DNA of 63,719 bases, the filler included, from Octopus bimaculoides (Eukaryota): NCBI RefSeq assembly GCF_001194135.2. It is 6 parts of 5 records of this genome, joined end to end, with 100 filler letters (N's around TTAATTAATTAA, not from the genome) between each part and the next. Parts side by side here need not be neighbours in the genome. Positions count along the whole stretch, not along the records: positions 43,038 to 55,528 come from NC_068982.1; positions 55,629 to 61,631 come from NC_069006.1; positions 61,732 to 63,719 come from NC_068997.1; 3 more parts are not named here. The stretch is one strand, 5' to 3'. Position 1 is the first letter of the stretch. Each line of letters starts with the position of its first letter. Positions 50,739 to 63,664 of this stretch are shown here, piece after piece. The notes below the pieces were generated by a model. The model did no database searches. It saw only the letters and a list, made by a program, of their open reading frames with translations, and had not been told where the DNA came from. The position numbers were made by a program, and so were the translations under genes.

Positions 50739-50996
50739 CAGTGGTTCACAACTAGGGTCCATATGGCCCTTGGGGGCCCATATAAGATTTTGCTGTTAAA
50801 ATTTATGTGCAACAAACTGGTTATAGTTCTACAATACACAAAGTATCTTATCAATCTTTTTTATGCAATTCCTAATAAAATTCAATCATAAAAATATAAA
50901 AGGATTTTTTAAACATTGAATGGTTATGGGGGTCCACCCAAATAAAATAGAAACCAAAGGGGTTCATAGGTAAAAAAAAATGGTTGAAAAACATTG
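50739..50996. mobile_element. hAT (Charlie-like) MITE, 258 bp
   Basis: Ends CAGTGGTTCACAAC and GGTTGAAAAACATTG. The 8-bp TSD is CCCTAAAT / CCCTAGAT (7 of 8 match). Confidence 0.8.
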
Positions 50997-51404
50997 CCCT
51001 AGATGATTTTTTTTTTTTTTAACTATGCCATAGTGGCACAGTGTTTTAGTACTGGTATCTGATGTGACATGGTTCAGTTAAACTGATTCCAGTACTTGAA
51101 TGGACTGTTCTTATAAATTATTGACTCATTTATTGATCAATAAACTATCATTTGAACTCAAACAGTTGTGATTGATGACGATTTCTTATATTGGCATAAG
51201 ACAATAGATTGATAGAGAGAGAAGAGAGGATAGAATTGAATGAGTTAATTCCCTAAATGGAACAGAAGGCATATAAACCCCAGGTGAAATTGAAATTAAC
51301 AAAATAAAGGGATCTGACTAAATTAATATTATAAGGTATTTTGTCTGTTATAGTACCAATTCTGCTATTCATTACCCTAATTTGATTATAAAAAATAATA
51401 ATGA

Positions 51405-51762
51405 TTTAAAATTTTGGCACGAGGCCAGCAACTTTGTGGGAGTGGTTAAGTCGATTACATCAACCTCAGTGCGCAACTGATACTTATTTTATCAACCCTG
51501 AAATGATGTAAGGCAAAGTCAACCTCAGTAAAATCTTAACTCACAACATACAAAGCATTTCATCCGGCATTCTAACAATTCTGCCAGCTTGCTTCCTTCT
51601 TTTTTACTACAAGCACAAGGCCTGAAATTTTCTGGGGAGAGGTCTTGTCAATTACCTCAACCTCAGTGATAGACTGCTACTTATTTTATCAACCCCAAAA
51701 GAATGAAAAGCAAAGTCAACCATGACAGAGTGTAACTAGTTGGAAATATTATAATAATAATC

Positions 51763-51796
<34 letters not shown>

Positions 51797-52436
51797 TAAT
51801 AATAATAATAATGATAATAATGGTTTTTAGTTAAACACAAGGTACAGCAATTTGGAGAAGAAGGCTTAGAGTAAATACAGCAATCCCAATAGTAGACTGG
51901 CGTTTTATTTTATTGGCTTGGAGGGATGAAAGGCAAAGCTGACTTTGGTTGGATTTGAACACAGTACATAAAGACTCAAAACTAATACTGCAAAACATCT
52001 TNNNNNNNNNNNNNNNNNNNNNNNNNNNNNNNNNNNNNNNNNNNNNNNNNNNNNNNNNNNNNNNNNNNNNNNNNNNNNNNNNNNNNNNNNNNNNNNNNNN
52101 NNNNNNNNNNNNNNNNNNNNNNNNNNNNNNNNNNNNNNNNNNNNNNNNNNNNNNNNNNNNNNNNNNNNNNNNNNNNNNNNNNNNNNNNNNNNNNNNNNNN
52201 NNNNNNNNNNNNNNNNNNNNNNNNNNNNNNNNNNNNNNNNNNNNNNNNNNNNNNNNNNNNNNNNNNNNNNNNNNNNNNNNNNNNNNNNNNNNNNNNNNNN
52301 NNNNNNNNNNNNNGACTCTGAAAGACTGAAAGGCAAAGTCGAACTTGGGTAGATTTTAAACGCAGAAATGTTAAAGACAGATGAAATGCTGTTTAACAGT
52401 TCTCTGGCGTGCTATCGATTCTGCTTGGAAGCCACC

Positions 52437-52488
<52 letters not shown>

Positions 52489-52871
52489 TAATAATAATGG
52501 TTTCAAATTTTGCCACAAGGGCAGCCACTTTGTGGGAGGGGCTAAGTCGATTACATCGAGCCCAGTGTTTCACAGGTACTTAATTTATCAACCTTGAAAG
52601 GATGAAAGGCAAAGTTGACCCCAGCGGAATTTGAACTCACAACGTAGTGACAGGCGAAATACCGCTACGCAGTTCGTCCAGCGTGCTAGTGATTCTGCCA
52701 GCTTGCTGCTTTTGATAATAATAATAATAATAATCTTTCTACTATAGGCACAAGGGCCTAAAAGTTTGCCTGAAAGAGGGATAATCAAGTACATCGACCC
52801 CCCAGTACTCAGCTGGTACTTAATTTATCAACCCTGAAAGAATGAAAGGTAAAGTTGACCTCAGCAGAATT

Positions 52872-52920
<49 letters not shown>

Positions 52921-53604
52921 TAATCCTTTCTTCTATAGGCACTAGGCCTGAAATTTTAAGAGAAGAGAGATAGTCAATTACATTGACCCTGAAAGGATGG
53001 AAAGCAAGGTCGACCTCAGTAGATTTTGAACTTGGAATGTAAAGATGGATGATGTGCTGACCGGTGTGCTAATGATTCTGCTAGCTTGCTGCCCTTGTCA
53101 GTCAGAGCAAATAACGCAAGATATTTTATCTGACATTCTAGCATCTCTACCAGCCAACCCTTCTTATAAATTGTTTTTAACTAAAGCACCCGATTAGTAA
53201 TTTTGAAGGAGAGGTTTAGTCAATTATATATCTAGTCTTAGTACTTGATTGAATTTTAATTTCACCTTCTGTAGATGAATGACAGGCAAAGCTGACAACA
53301 GCTAGATTGTAAAGAGACTGGATAAATACTGCGAGGCACTTTGCTTTATGCTCAAACGATTCTTCAGAAAATAATAAAAATTCTCTCTACTTTAGGCACA
53401 AGGCCCGAAATTTTGGGGGAGTGGTTAGGTGATCATATCACCCCCAGTGCTCAACTGGTACTGTTTTTATCAAGCCCAAAAGAATAAAAAGCAACGGTGA
53501 CCTTGGCAGATTTTGAACTCAATACATAAAGCCAAAAGAAATGTTGCTAAGCATTTTGTTCAGTATGCTAACAATTTTGCCAGTTTTTCACCTTGATGAT
53601 GATC

Positions 53605-53635
<31 letters not shown>

Positions 53636-53880
53636 TGATAATAATGATAATAATAATAGTTCTTTCTTTCTACTATAGATACGAGGTCGGAAATTTTGGT
53701 GATGAAGGGGTGCTGGTTGATTACATCAACTCCAGTATGCAATTGGTACTTATTTTATTGACACCAAAAAGATGACTGGCAAAATCAACCTCTATAGAAT
53801 TTGAACTCAAAGCATAAAGCTAGAAGAAATACCACAATATATTTTGTCTAGTGAGCTAACGACTTTGCTCACAAATGGCC

Positions 53881-53939
<59 letters not shown>

Positions 53940-54151
53940 CCTTTCTACTACAGGCACAAGGCCTGAAATATTGTGGGAGGGGAGTATTTGATTCCATCGA
54001 CCTCAGTGTTTCACTGGTACTTAATTTATCAACCTTGAAAGTATGAAAGGCAAAGTCAACCTCGGTGGAATTTGAACTCAGAATGTAAAGACAGATAAAA
54101 TACTGCTAAGCATTTCGTCCAGTATGCTAAAGGTTCTGCCAGCTCACCGTC

Positions 54152-54228
<77 letters not shown>

Positions 54229-54244
54229 CCTTTCNNNNNNNNNN

Positions 54245-54313
<69 letters not shown>

Positions 54314-55133
54314 CCTTTCAACTATAGGCACAAGGCCTGAAATTTGGAGGGAGGGGCTAGTCAATAACATTAACCTTAGTACTGAACTGGTACTTATTTC
54401 ATCAACCTCAAAAGGATGAAAGGCAAAGTCAACCTCAACAGAATTTGAACTCAGAACATTAAGTGAGAAGAAATACTGAGAAGCATTTTGTCCAACGCAG
54501 TAGTGATTCTGCCAGTTCAAGGCCAGCCATTTTGAAGAAACAATTGATAATCTCAAACCCAGTATTTGATTGGTACTTATTTTATCAATTCCAGAAGGAT
54601 AAAGGACAAATTTGGCCTTAGCAGGACCAGAACTCAAAAAAAGAAAAAAAAAAAAAACACTAAAGAGCTTGGAAGAATTGTTACTAAGTATTTTATCTGA
54701 TGCACTAATGAATCTGCCAAGCTTACTGTCTTAAAATTGTTTCAGATTTTGGCACAAGGCCAGCAATTTTAGGGGAATTGGGATAGTCAATACCATTAAA
54801 CCCCAGGATTTTTCAGAGATGGAAGGCAAAGTTGACTTCAGCAGTAATTGAACTCGGAATGTGTTGAGTTGGAACACATGCAGTAAGGTATTTTTGTGAA
54901 CTTCTAATGATTTTATCAGCTCACCACCTTAATGGTTTCTGACATGGGCACAAAGCCAGCAACTTTTGATGGGAAAGAGTCATTTGATACCATTGGACCC
55001 AGTCCTTGAGAGGTATTTCATCATATTGACCCCAGGAGGACGACTGGCAACATTGGCCTCAACCAGATTTAAACTCAGAATGGAAAGAGCTAGAAGAAAC
55101 ATGAGAGATTTTTGCGACGTAATGATTCTGACA

Positions 55134-55193
<60 letters not shown>

Positions 55194-55440
55194 CCTTTCT
55201 ACTGGAGGAACAAGGCATCAAATTTGTGGGGAGGGGACTAGTCAATTTTATCAACCCCACTGGTGCTCCATTGAAACACTGGGGTCAATATAATCGACTA
55301 GTCCCCTCCCCAAAGTTTGACATTTTGGTGGTGGTGGTGGTGGTGGTGGTGGGGGATAGCTAGTTGATTACATCAGCCCCAGTGTTCAACTGTTAAGTTA
55401 TTTTATCAACCCCATAAAGCTGAAAGGCACAGATTGTCTT
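51405..55440 (-). mobile_element. Array of ~15-17 co-oriented SINE family B copies interleaved with (AAT)n
   Basis: The motif GCACAAGGCC...GAAAGGCAAAGTC.ACCTC...GAATTTGAACTCA recurs at roughly 51410, 51600, 51830, 52320, 52500, 52735, 52925, 53170, 53390, 53660, 53940, 54315, 54520, 54745, 54935, 55195 and 55335. Further copies lie at 57125, 58790 and 59005. Confidence 0.85.
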
Positions 55441-55528
55441 TGGTAAAATGCATGAAAATATAAGGGAAAAGTATGCTTAAGGTCTAAGTCGAACACACCG
55501 AACAAACAGCTTAAAAACACTAAGGAAT

Positions 55529-55628
55529 NNNNNNNNNNNNNNNNNNNNNNNNNNNNNNNNNNNNNNNNNNNNTTAATTAATTAANNNNNNNNNNNNNNNN
55601 NNNNNNNNNNNNNNNNNNNNNNNNNNNN
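55529..55628. other. Artificial 100-bp scaffold spacer
   Basis: 44 N + TTAATTAATTAA + 44 N. Confidence 0.95.
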
Positions 55629-55629
55629 C

Positions 55630-55995
55630 ATCTAAATTGATTCACTCCCTAATTAGTTGGGCTATGACCCTCTCTGTAACTTTCATAACCTGATCTAACA
55701 GCTTGATGCCTCTGGAATTATTTGTATCTAAAGCGTCACCTTTACCTTTGTAGCAGTTGACTATGATGCTGCTACACCAGTCATTGGGTATGACTCCTTC
55801 GTGTATCACCTGGTTCGTAATACGGGTGACTAGGCTATAGCCAACACTGCCAGATATTTTGAGCATCTCTGCAGTGATTCCTGATGGGCCGGGGGCTTTC
55901 CCGGTCTTCATACTCTTAATTGCTTTATCTACCCTGGTACTATCAACTCGGATAGCTGGTCCCTCTATTGGGTCGACATACGGCAGGCTCTCTTT
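55630..55995 (-). mobile_element. RTE-clade LINE reverse-transcriptase fragment, cut by the scaffold spacer
   Basis: AIKSMKTGKAPGPSGITAEMLK...IPNDWCSSIIVNCYKGKGDALDTNNSRGIKLL corresponds to the K.GKAPGPDGI / W..S...P.YK.KGD...CxNYRGI LINE motifs. Confidence 0.9.
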
Positions 55996-56019
55996 CTCCC
56001 ATATATATATATATATATA

Positions 56020-56350
56020 TATGAAGGCATATGGCTCACAGATTAGAGTGTGAGGCTCACAATCGTGAGGTAGTGAGTTTGATTCTTGGACTGGGCTGTA
56101 TGTTGTGTTCTTGAGCAAGACACTTTATTTCACATTGTTCCAGTTCACTCAGCTGTAGAAACAAGTTGCAATGTCACTGGTGCCAAGCTGTATCAGCTTT
56201 TGCCCTTCCCTTGGATAACATTGGTGGCATGGAGAGGGGAGGCCGGTACGCATGGGCAACTGCTTGGTCATCTAAAAAAACAACCTTGCCCAGACTTGCG
56301 CTTTGGAGGGTAACTTCCTAGGTGCCATCCCATGGTCATTCATGACCGAA
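56020..56350 (+). mobile_element. Full-length SINE family D
   Basis: A tRNA-like head (GAAGGCATATGGCTCA...GAGTTTGATTC), the central TTGAGCAAGACACTT block, and a 3' (AC)n tract. Confidence 0.75.
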
Positions 56351-56360
56351 GGGGGTCTTT

Positions 56361-56394
<34 letters not shown>

Positions 56395-56414
56395 GTATGT
56401 ATGCATATGTACAT

Positions 56415-57030
56415 ACGAGGTGCATTCTGAGGCTTTTTAGTGGAAGCAGTTATGACTGTCCTAGATTATTGTAATTTTAGTAAATCATTACCAGACATCT
56501 AATGAGCTGACCTGCCAGGTTTTATTCAGGACTGAAGGAGACGACTGTAACACACTTTTAACACATCCTACCACACATTGCTTGGTGCAGCTTCCTTCAT
56601 CTTCTCAATATCTACAAATGAATGTCTCTGAGGTTCTCCACCAGCTTGTGGAACAATCAAAAGTCACATGGAGCAGGGTCTAGACTGTGGGGAGAATGAA
56701 GGGCAGTTTTAATGCTCATCTCTGTCAAGTATTAGGTTGGTGCATAATTATTGCAGCTTTTTTACAATAAATTATATTCAACAAAAAATTTTAACAAAAA
56801 CGCCAATTTAAACAAAACGCCAAGCAGTAATTGAAGCAGATGGTGAATATACTCCGGAATAATCATTTAAAGATGTTTTTGTTACATGTTGTTATTATTT
56901 TTGTTGAATAAAATTTGAGAAAAGCCACAAGAATTATGCCCCAACCTTACAGGATGCCCATCGTTGAGCACCCGAGAAACAAATTTTGTGCCAATTTAGC
57001 ACATGTTCAGATCTTCATGAATAATTCTGT
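56415..57030 (-). mobile_element. Internally deleted mariner transposase remnant
   Basis: The minus strand gives PHSLDPAPCDF*LFHKL (YSPDLAPCDF-like) and TKFVSRVL (WVP-region-like). Confidence 0.6.
56732..56949. mobile_element. Mariner MITE nested in the mariner remnant
   Basis: TIRs TTAGGTTGGTGCATAATTATTGCAGCTTT and AAAGCCACAAGAATTATGCCCCAACCTTA resemble the Hsmar1/MADE1-type TIR TTAGGTTGGTGCAAAAGTAATTGCGG. Confidence 0.75.
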
Positions 57031-57529
57031 GTACAGCTGCCACACCATGCAGAGGAATCGAACCCAGAACTATGTGCTTGGGAAGCAAACTTTTTAACCA
57101 CATGGCTATGCACCAGCCTATTATAATTCTTTCTACTATAGGCACAAGGCCTGAAATTTTGGTGGAGGGGTTAAGTTGATTACATTGACCCCAGTACTTA
57201 ACTGGTACTTAATTTATTGACCCCAAAAGGATGAATGGCAAAGTTGACCTTCGTGGAATTCGAACCCAGAACACAGGGATGGGTAAAATACTGCTAATTA
57301 TTTCATCCAGTGTACTAAGCATTCTACCAGCTTGCTACCTTCTCAGACTCTTATAATAAATTCAATCCGTGTGAGTACTATAGAGTAGAGGTGATTTAAG
57401 TTCAATCCCCAGCTGAATCCAATTCACTTTACTTACTGTAGCTGACATCCATTAAACCTTAATCTTCTCTCAGCCCCTATTCACTGTCCTTATCTATATG
57501 TTTCTCTTACTCATTATTATTTCCTCCAG

Positions 57530-57816
57530 ATGCCCCGAACCGTACTGAATGTGTGTACAAGCTTCGCAAGATCATGTCTCATCTACTCGATGAAGATCTG
57601 CACAAAATTGGAGAAGAGGTTCTTCAAAGGCGTTGTTCAGAAGATGATGAACGATGCCAAGATGAGAAGCATCTGTTTTTAGACATCATAGCAAGAATTG
57701 GTAGTGTGACGTCTCAGAAACTGGTGAGTCACTATGTGCTAGAACACCCACTGGCAACCCATGAGGAGATAGAACGCACACTTGTTCACTGTATTGTTAT
57801 TACTCAGCCAGAATTG
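57530..57816 (+). CDS. Internal exon (287 nt), probable vitellogenin/MTP-type large lipid transfer protein, alpha-helical region
   Basis: Polypyrimidine tract plus CAG acceptor and GTAAGT donor. Open frame: D-APNRTECVYKLRKIMSHLLDEDL...HLFLDIIARIGSVTSQKLV...EEIERTLVHCIVITQPEL. The exon is well supported; the product call rests on motif resemblance only. Confidence 0.7.
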
Positions 57817-58427
57817 GTAAGTGTGTGTTACAAAAGTTGCCTCTGTGTGTAGGTGTGTTTGTGAGCGTGTACAAGTGTTGTGTGATTCATGTGAGCATTC
57901 TGTTGTTCTTTTATTCTTTTACTTGTTTCGGGCTTTTGACAATGGCCATGCTGGAGCACCGTTTTTAGTTCAGCAAATCAACCCCAGGACTTATTCTTTT
58001 GCNNNNNNNNNNNNNNNNNNNNNNNNNNNNNNNNNNNNNNNNNNNNNNNNNNNNNNNNNNNNNNNNNNNNNNNNNNNNNNNNNNNNNNNNNNNNNNNNNN
58101 NNAATAGGGCCCACCTGCAGCTACAATGCTATTATTAAACTTTTGTTTTGTTTTTGTTAAAAGTATTCTATTTTGTTAAAAGTATTCTATTATACACAAT
58201 CAGGCTGAAATAATTAATGCATTCTTCTAGGCGGGAATAAAAAGTTCTCAAACTTTGGGGGAATGGGCCCCTTAAATACTAACATAGACCCCCATATATG
58301 GATTCTAAAGGCACAAGAGCCCACTTGACATCAGACAAGCTGGCAACCTGGCCAGTCTGCCACTGTCTATATCTATGTATATTTGAATATATAAAGATGT
58401 ATATGTATATACATGTGCGTGTGTGCA

Positions 58428-58488
<61 letters not shown>

Positions 58489-58965
58489 NNNNNNNNNNNN
58501 NNNNNNNNNNNNNNNNNNNNNNNNNNNNNNNNNNNNNNNNNNNNNNNNNNNNNNNNNNNNNNNNNNNNNNNNNNNNNNNNNNNNNNNNNNNNNNNNNNNN
58601 NNNNNNNNNNNNNNNNNNNNNNNNNNNNNNNNNNNNNNNNNNNNNNNNNNNNNNNNNNNNNNNNNNNNNNNNNNNNNNNNNNNNNNNNNNNNNNNNNNNN
58701 NNNNNNNNNNNNNNNNNNNNNNNNNNNNNNNNNNNNNNNNNNGTAACTACTAAACAACAATAACAACAGGAAAATGAACAATAATAATGACTGGAATTTT
58801 GAGGGGAGGGGAGCTAGTTGGTTTCACCAGACCCTAGTACTTAATTAATACTTATTTTATCAACCCTGAAAGGATTGAAATGCAAAGTCAACCTCGGTTG
58901 AATTTGAACTAAAGACGGGCACAATGCCACTAATAATAATAATAATAGTAATAATAATAATAATA

Positions 58966-59006
<41 letters not shown>

Positions 59007-59304
59007 CCTTTCTACTGAAGCCACAAAGCCTGAGATTTGGGTGAGAGGAATAGTCAATTACATTGACTCCATTACTCAAAAGGTATTTATTTTATCAACC
59101 TCGAAAGAATGAAAGGCAAAGTCGACCTCAGTGAAATTTGAACTTGGTACCAATGTTTGTATTCATCTGTAGTTGCTGTGTATGCATTTTAATTTTGACC
59201 CAATCTGATGCTTTACCATTTAAATGCCGGATTCACCTGAATCTTAATATATTATACACATATATACATATTTACAGACATACTTACATATAAATATCTG
59301 TCTG

Positions 59305-59421
<117 letters not shown>

Positions 59422-60178
59422 GTGTGTGTGTAATTGGATAATAAAACGAATGGTTTACACCTGGTAGCTTACTGGTAAAGTACGGACACTTTCACAGTGA
59501 TCATTATATTATGTATATGGTAAATGAAAGACAGAAGATGGAATATATGAAAATATATTAATCATGACAAGTGTTTTAACCCATCTAGCACCAATCCCTC
59601 ATGGGTAGGACACTTAACAACTGGTTCAGGAGCATCCGGCAGTACATATGTATCTCGTCAGGTGATAAATAGATACAACTCGTTTAGATAAGAGTTCTGC
59701 AATGGTTTCTGACATTTTTTTAGCAAATTTGCCAGGCGAGGTCTTCATCAGCAGGTCAAACATATATACGAGGTAGTCCAGTATATGCCCTATGCTTATA
59801 CATTCTAATTTTTAAAATCTACTGTGCAAGTGCAGCTACTTGCCGGCAGTAAATAAAAATGCCAGCGTTTCAATTCAAAAATTATCCAGAAAAAATTATC
59901 AATAATTAATAATATCAAGAGTAATAAGAAATATTAGAAATTTCTACTAGCTGCTCTTTCTACCTAGCTGTTCTTTCTAGCGTGCAAGGAACCCTATGAT
60001 GGATACCTCTTGTGTGTTTAAATGTGCACTGTATTTATATATATACATATAAGTATATTCTTGGGAATAGAAATTTCCCTTACAAATTTTTTTACACACT
60101 AGCTTCCTGATAAAATTCTTGTAAAAGATTTTTATCCTATTTTGATTTTATTAACCAAATATATACATATATATATAT

Positions 60179-60213
<35 letters not shown>

Positions 60214-60830
60214 NNNNNNNNNNNNNNNNNNNNNNNNNNNNNNNNNNNNNNNNNNNNNNNNNNNNNNNNNNNNNNNNNNNNNNNNNNNNNNNNNNNNNNN
60301 NNNNNNNNNNNNNNNNNNNNNNNNNNNNNNNNNNNNNNNNNNNNNNNNNNNNNNNNNNNNNNNNNNNNNNNNNNNNNNNNNNNNNNNNNNNNNNNNNNNN
60401 NNNNNNNNNNNNNNNNNNNNNNNNNNNNNNNNNNNNNNNNNNNNNNNNNNNNNNNNNNNNNNNNNNNNNNNNNNNNNNNNNNNNNNNNNNNNNNNNNNNN
60501 NNNNNNNNNNNNNNNNNNNNNNNNNNNNNNNNNNNNTATCGCCACATTCATTCAATCTTAATTCTAGGAAGGATTAAACACTAACATTATTAATTAAACT
60601 ACAACAACATATATATATATATGTCCAACCCATACTAGCATGGAAAGCAGACGTTAAACGATGATGATGCTGATGATGTTTTATACTTGATTCTTAGTGA
60701 ATAAACTGCAGTTGACTAATGCACAGGAAAACTACAAAGGGAAAACAAATTGCATGTAAAAAATTTAACAGCACTTATACGAGTGTAAATTATGGATGAG
60801 TAAATCTGTTAATTTTGTTATTTCCGATAG

Positions 60831-60974
60831 GTGGCCAGAAACTGGATCAAACACAAAGAAAGGCTTGTCTTGCGATTGGCTCTTTAGCCAAATCTGCCAA
60901 AAATGGGAAGAACTCAGGATATTCAGAGAAATTGGTTGAAAAACTGGAAAATTGGTTGAAATTACATAATGAAA
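60831..60974 (+). CDS. Internal exon (144 nt), probably of the same lipid-transfer-like gene
   Basis: TTTCCGATAG acceptor and GTAAGT donor. Encodes GQKLDQTQRKACLAIGSLAKSAKNGKNSGYSEKLVEKLENWLKLHNE, whose A.LA.GSL motif is typical of LLTP helices. The phase mismatch with 57530-57816 implies an unseen exon between them. Confidence 0.65.
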
Positions 60975-61303
60975 GTAAGTTTCTATAAATAAAACACAAT
61001 AGTTTCTTTATTTGGCAAAACTAAAGTGGAAACTAAATATGTGTAACAATGTATTTTCTTTTATTCCTTGTTTATGAGTCTTGCTTTTTGTTTTTTTTTT
61101 TGTTTATTTTTGTTTCATTAATGTGCTAATGAAAATAATTGCAAAATAGTTTCCTGTGTATATTTGATCATCGTCATTTAAATACTTCATTATCATCATC
61201 ATCATCATCATCGTCGTTGTTGTCATCATCACTATTGTCATCATTATCATCATCATCATCATCATCATCATCACCGTTGTCATCATCATAGTCATCATCA
61301 TCG

Positions 61304-61334
<31 letters not shown>

Positions 61335-61631
61335 TTTATGTCCATCTTCCATGCTGGCGTGGGTTGGATGGTTTGACAGGAACTGTCAACCCAGAGTACT
61401 GCATCAAACTCCACTCTCTGTTTCTGGAATGGTTTTATGGTTGGATGCCCTTCTTAAAATCAGCCACTTTCCAAAGTGTACTCGGTGCTTTTTATGGTCA
61501 ATTAGTAATTGAAACATAAACTTTTCCTTTTTATCATTGCAAGTTTTTTACTAAAGAATTCTCTTTGTAGTAGTAGTAGTAGCAGCAGCATTTTAAAGAA
61601 GAATGTCTATTTGTCTAATTATCTAATTACC

Positions 61632-61731
61632 NNNNNNNNNNNNNNNNNNNNNNNNNNNNNNNNNNNNNNNNNNNNTTAATTAATTAANNNNNNNNNNNNN
61701 NNNNNNNNNNNNNNNNNNNNNNNNNNNNNNN
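61632..61731. other. Artificial 100-bp scaffold spacer
   Basis: 44 N + TTAATTAATTAA + 44 N. Confidence 0.95.
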
Positions 61732-61788
<57 letters not shown>

Positions 61789-61962
61789 TGTGTTTGGTGT
61801 GAGTATGTGAATGAGATTGTTAATGGTGCGCATGTGGATATAGTTTTAATTGAATGCGTAGGTGCGGTCGGTGCATGAATGCGTCCTTCTGTTTTCTATT
61901 TGTATGTTTGCCTATGTGTTTTCGTGGGTGCGAGTAGCTTTGTGTGTAGACGCGCCAATACA

Positions 61963-62007
<45 letters not shown>

Positions 62008-62059
62008 GTGTATGTGTGTGTGTGCGTGCGTGCGTGCGCGCGTGTGTTTGTGTGTGTGT

Positions 62060-62590
62060 GTGTGAATAAACTATCATCTAAACCACGCAAAAATGAAAAT
62101 AACACTGACATCTCATTTGAACAGATATATTTACCAAAATTACATAAAGATATCTTGAAATACTAAAGAGTAAATTTATTCAATAAAATCAACATTGGCC
62201 TCAACCACGGCCTCCAGATGACTTTGGAATCTCCTGCAACTCTTCTGGGTGGTCTTCAATGCTGCCATAATCAGTTCGTCTTTGGTATTAAAAGAAGTTT
62301 TGTTGGTTTCTAGCTCGATTACACCCCACACATAATAATCTAGGGGGTTGCAGTCTGGGGAGTTAGGTGGCCACATGTTAGGGATGATGTGGTCACAAAT
62401 ATTGTCTGACAGCCATGACTGGCTTATCCTGCTTGTATGGCATGGTGCAGAGTCCTGTTGCCAGACATAACGTCTTCCAACAGTCACCCTCTTCACACAG
62501 GGCAGCGCTACCTCTTCCAGGCACTTGATATAGGACCCCGTGTTGAGACTGCAGCCGTGTGGAAGGATGAATGTGTGTTTGTTCGCAGCT
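62060..62590 (-). mobile_element. Tc1/mariner DD37D (maT-like) transposase 3' fragment
   Basis: WQQDSAPCHTS...WPPNSPDCNPLDYYVWG, with 37 residues counted between the second and third catalytic Asp. Confidence 0.85.
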
Positions 62591-62774
62591 CTACCTCTCC
62601 ACATATATATATATATATATANNNNNNNNNNNNNNNNNNNNNNNNNNNNNNNNNNNNNNNNNNNNNNNNNNNNNNNNNNNNNNNNNNNNNNNNNNNNNNN
62701 NNNNNNNNNNNNNNNNNNNNNNNNNNNNNNNNNNNNNNNNNNNNNNNNNNNNNNNNNNNNNNNNTATATATGTT

Positions 62775-62809
<35 letters not shown>

Positions 62810-63664
62810 ATGTGTATGTATTATGCATGTATGTATTATGCATGTTAATGTATATGTACGTGTACACGTGTGTGTGTGTTTGAAGGTGTGTATTTGGGAG
62901 AGAGAGAGAGAGAGAGACAGTGGGTGTGTTTTTGTTATATTTGCTATTTCTAAATGTATATGTTTGTATGAATGAGTAATAAACATATGTAAGAGTTCAA
63001 AGAGAGCTATAACAACATCCAATGATGTGCTTGCGTGTGTAGTGTGCGTGTATGTACACATGTGAAGGCGTAAGAGCGGATTTCAAGTTTGCGCGACGGA
63101 TCTGTCAACGAATATACGTGTTGTTCTTGCTACACGCCTTAATATAATTTGATAAGCAACACATGTAGTGAGTGAAGCAAGGAAGTGTTGGGTGAAACAT
63201 GTAGAAATTAGTGTAAACCAAAGTAGTATTGAGTAAGTGAAGTAAGGAAAAATTGATAGAAAATAAGGAAAGGTTAATTGAAGTTTGATTGAAGCAAGGG
63301 GAATATTGAGTGAAACAGGAGTGGGGGAGAAAATGTTAGTAAAGTAAGGAGAAGCTAGAGTGAATCAACCGGAATGTTGAGTGAAAATGGTAATGAGTGA
63401 AGCAAAGTAGACTTGATTAAGGCCAGCTAAGGTTTGAGTAAAGTAAGGGGATGGTTGATTGAAGCAAATGGAAAATGGAGTGAAGCAAAAGACGAATGAA
63501 AGAGTACGAGTATGAGTACGAGTATGAGTACGAGTATGAGTACGAGTATCACTAACAGCAAAAAAAAATGTATGATATTCTAAGGTTCTAGGATTAGTTT
63601 CACCGTCGTTCCCGTGCTGTGTTTGGTGTGTCATGAGTTGTGTCAATTATGTGATTTAATACTG

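Noticed and set aside
63100-63550. Degenerate GAGTGAAGCAA repeats and a (GAGTACGAGTAT)4 tract
   Set aside because: Simple or degenerate tandem repeats with stops in the frames I tried and no interpretable structure.
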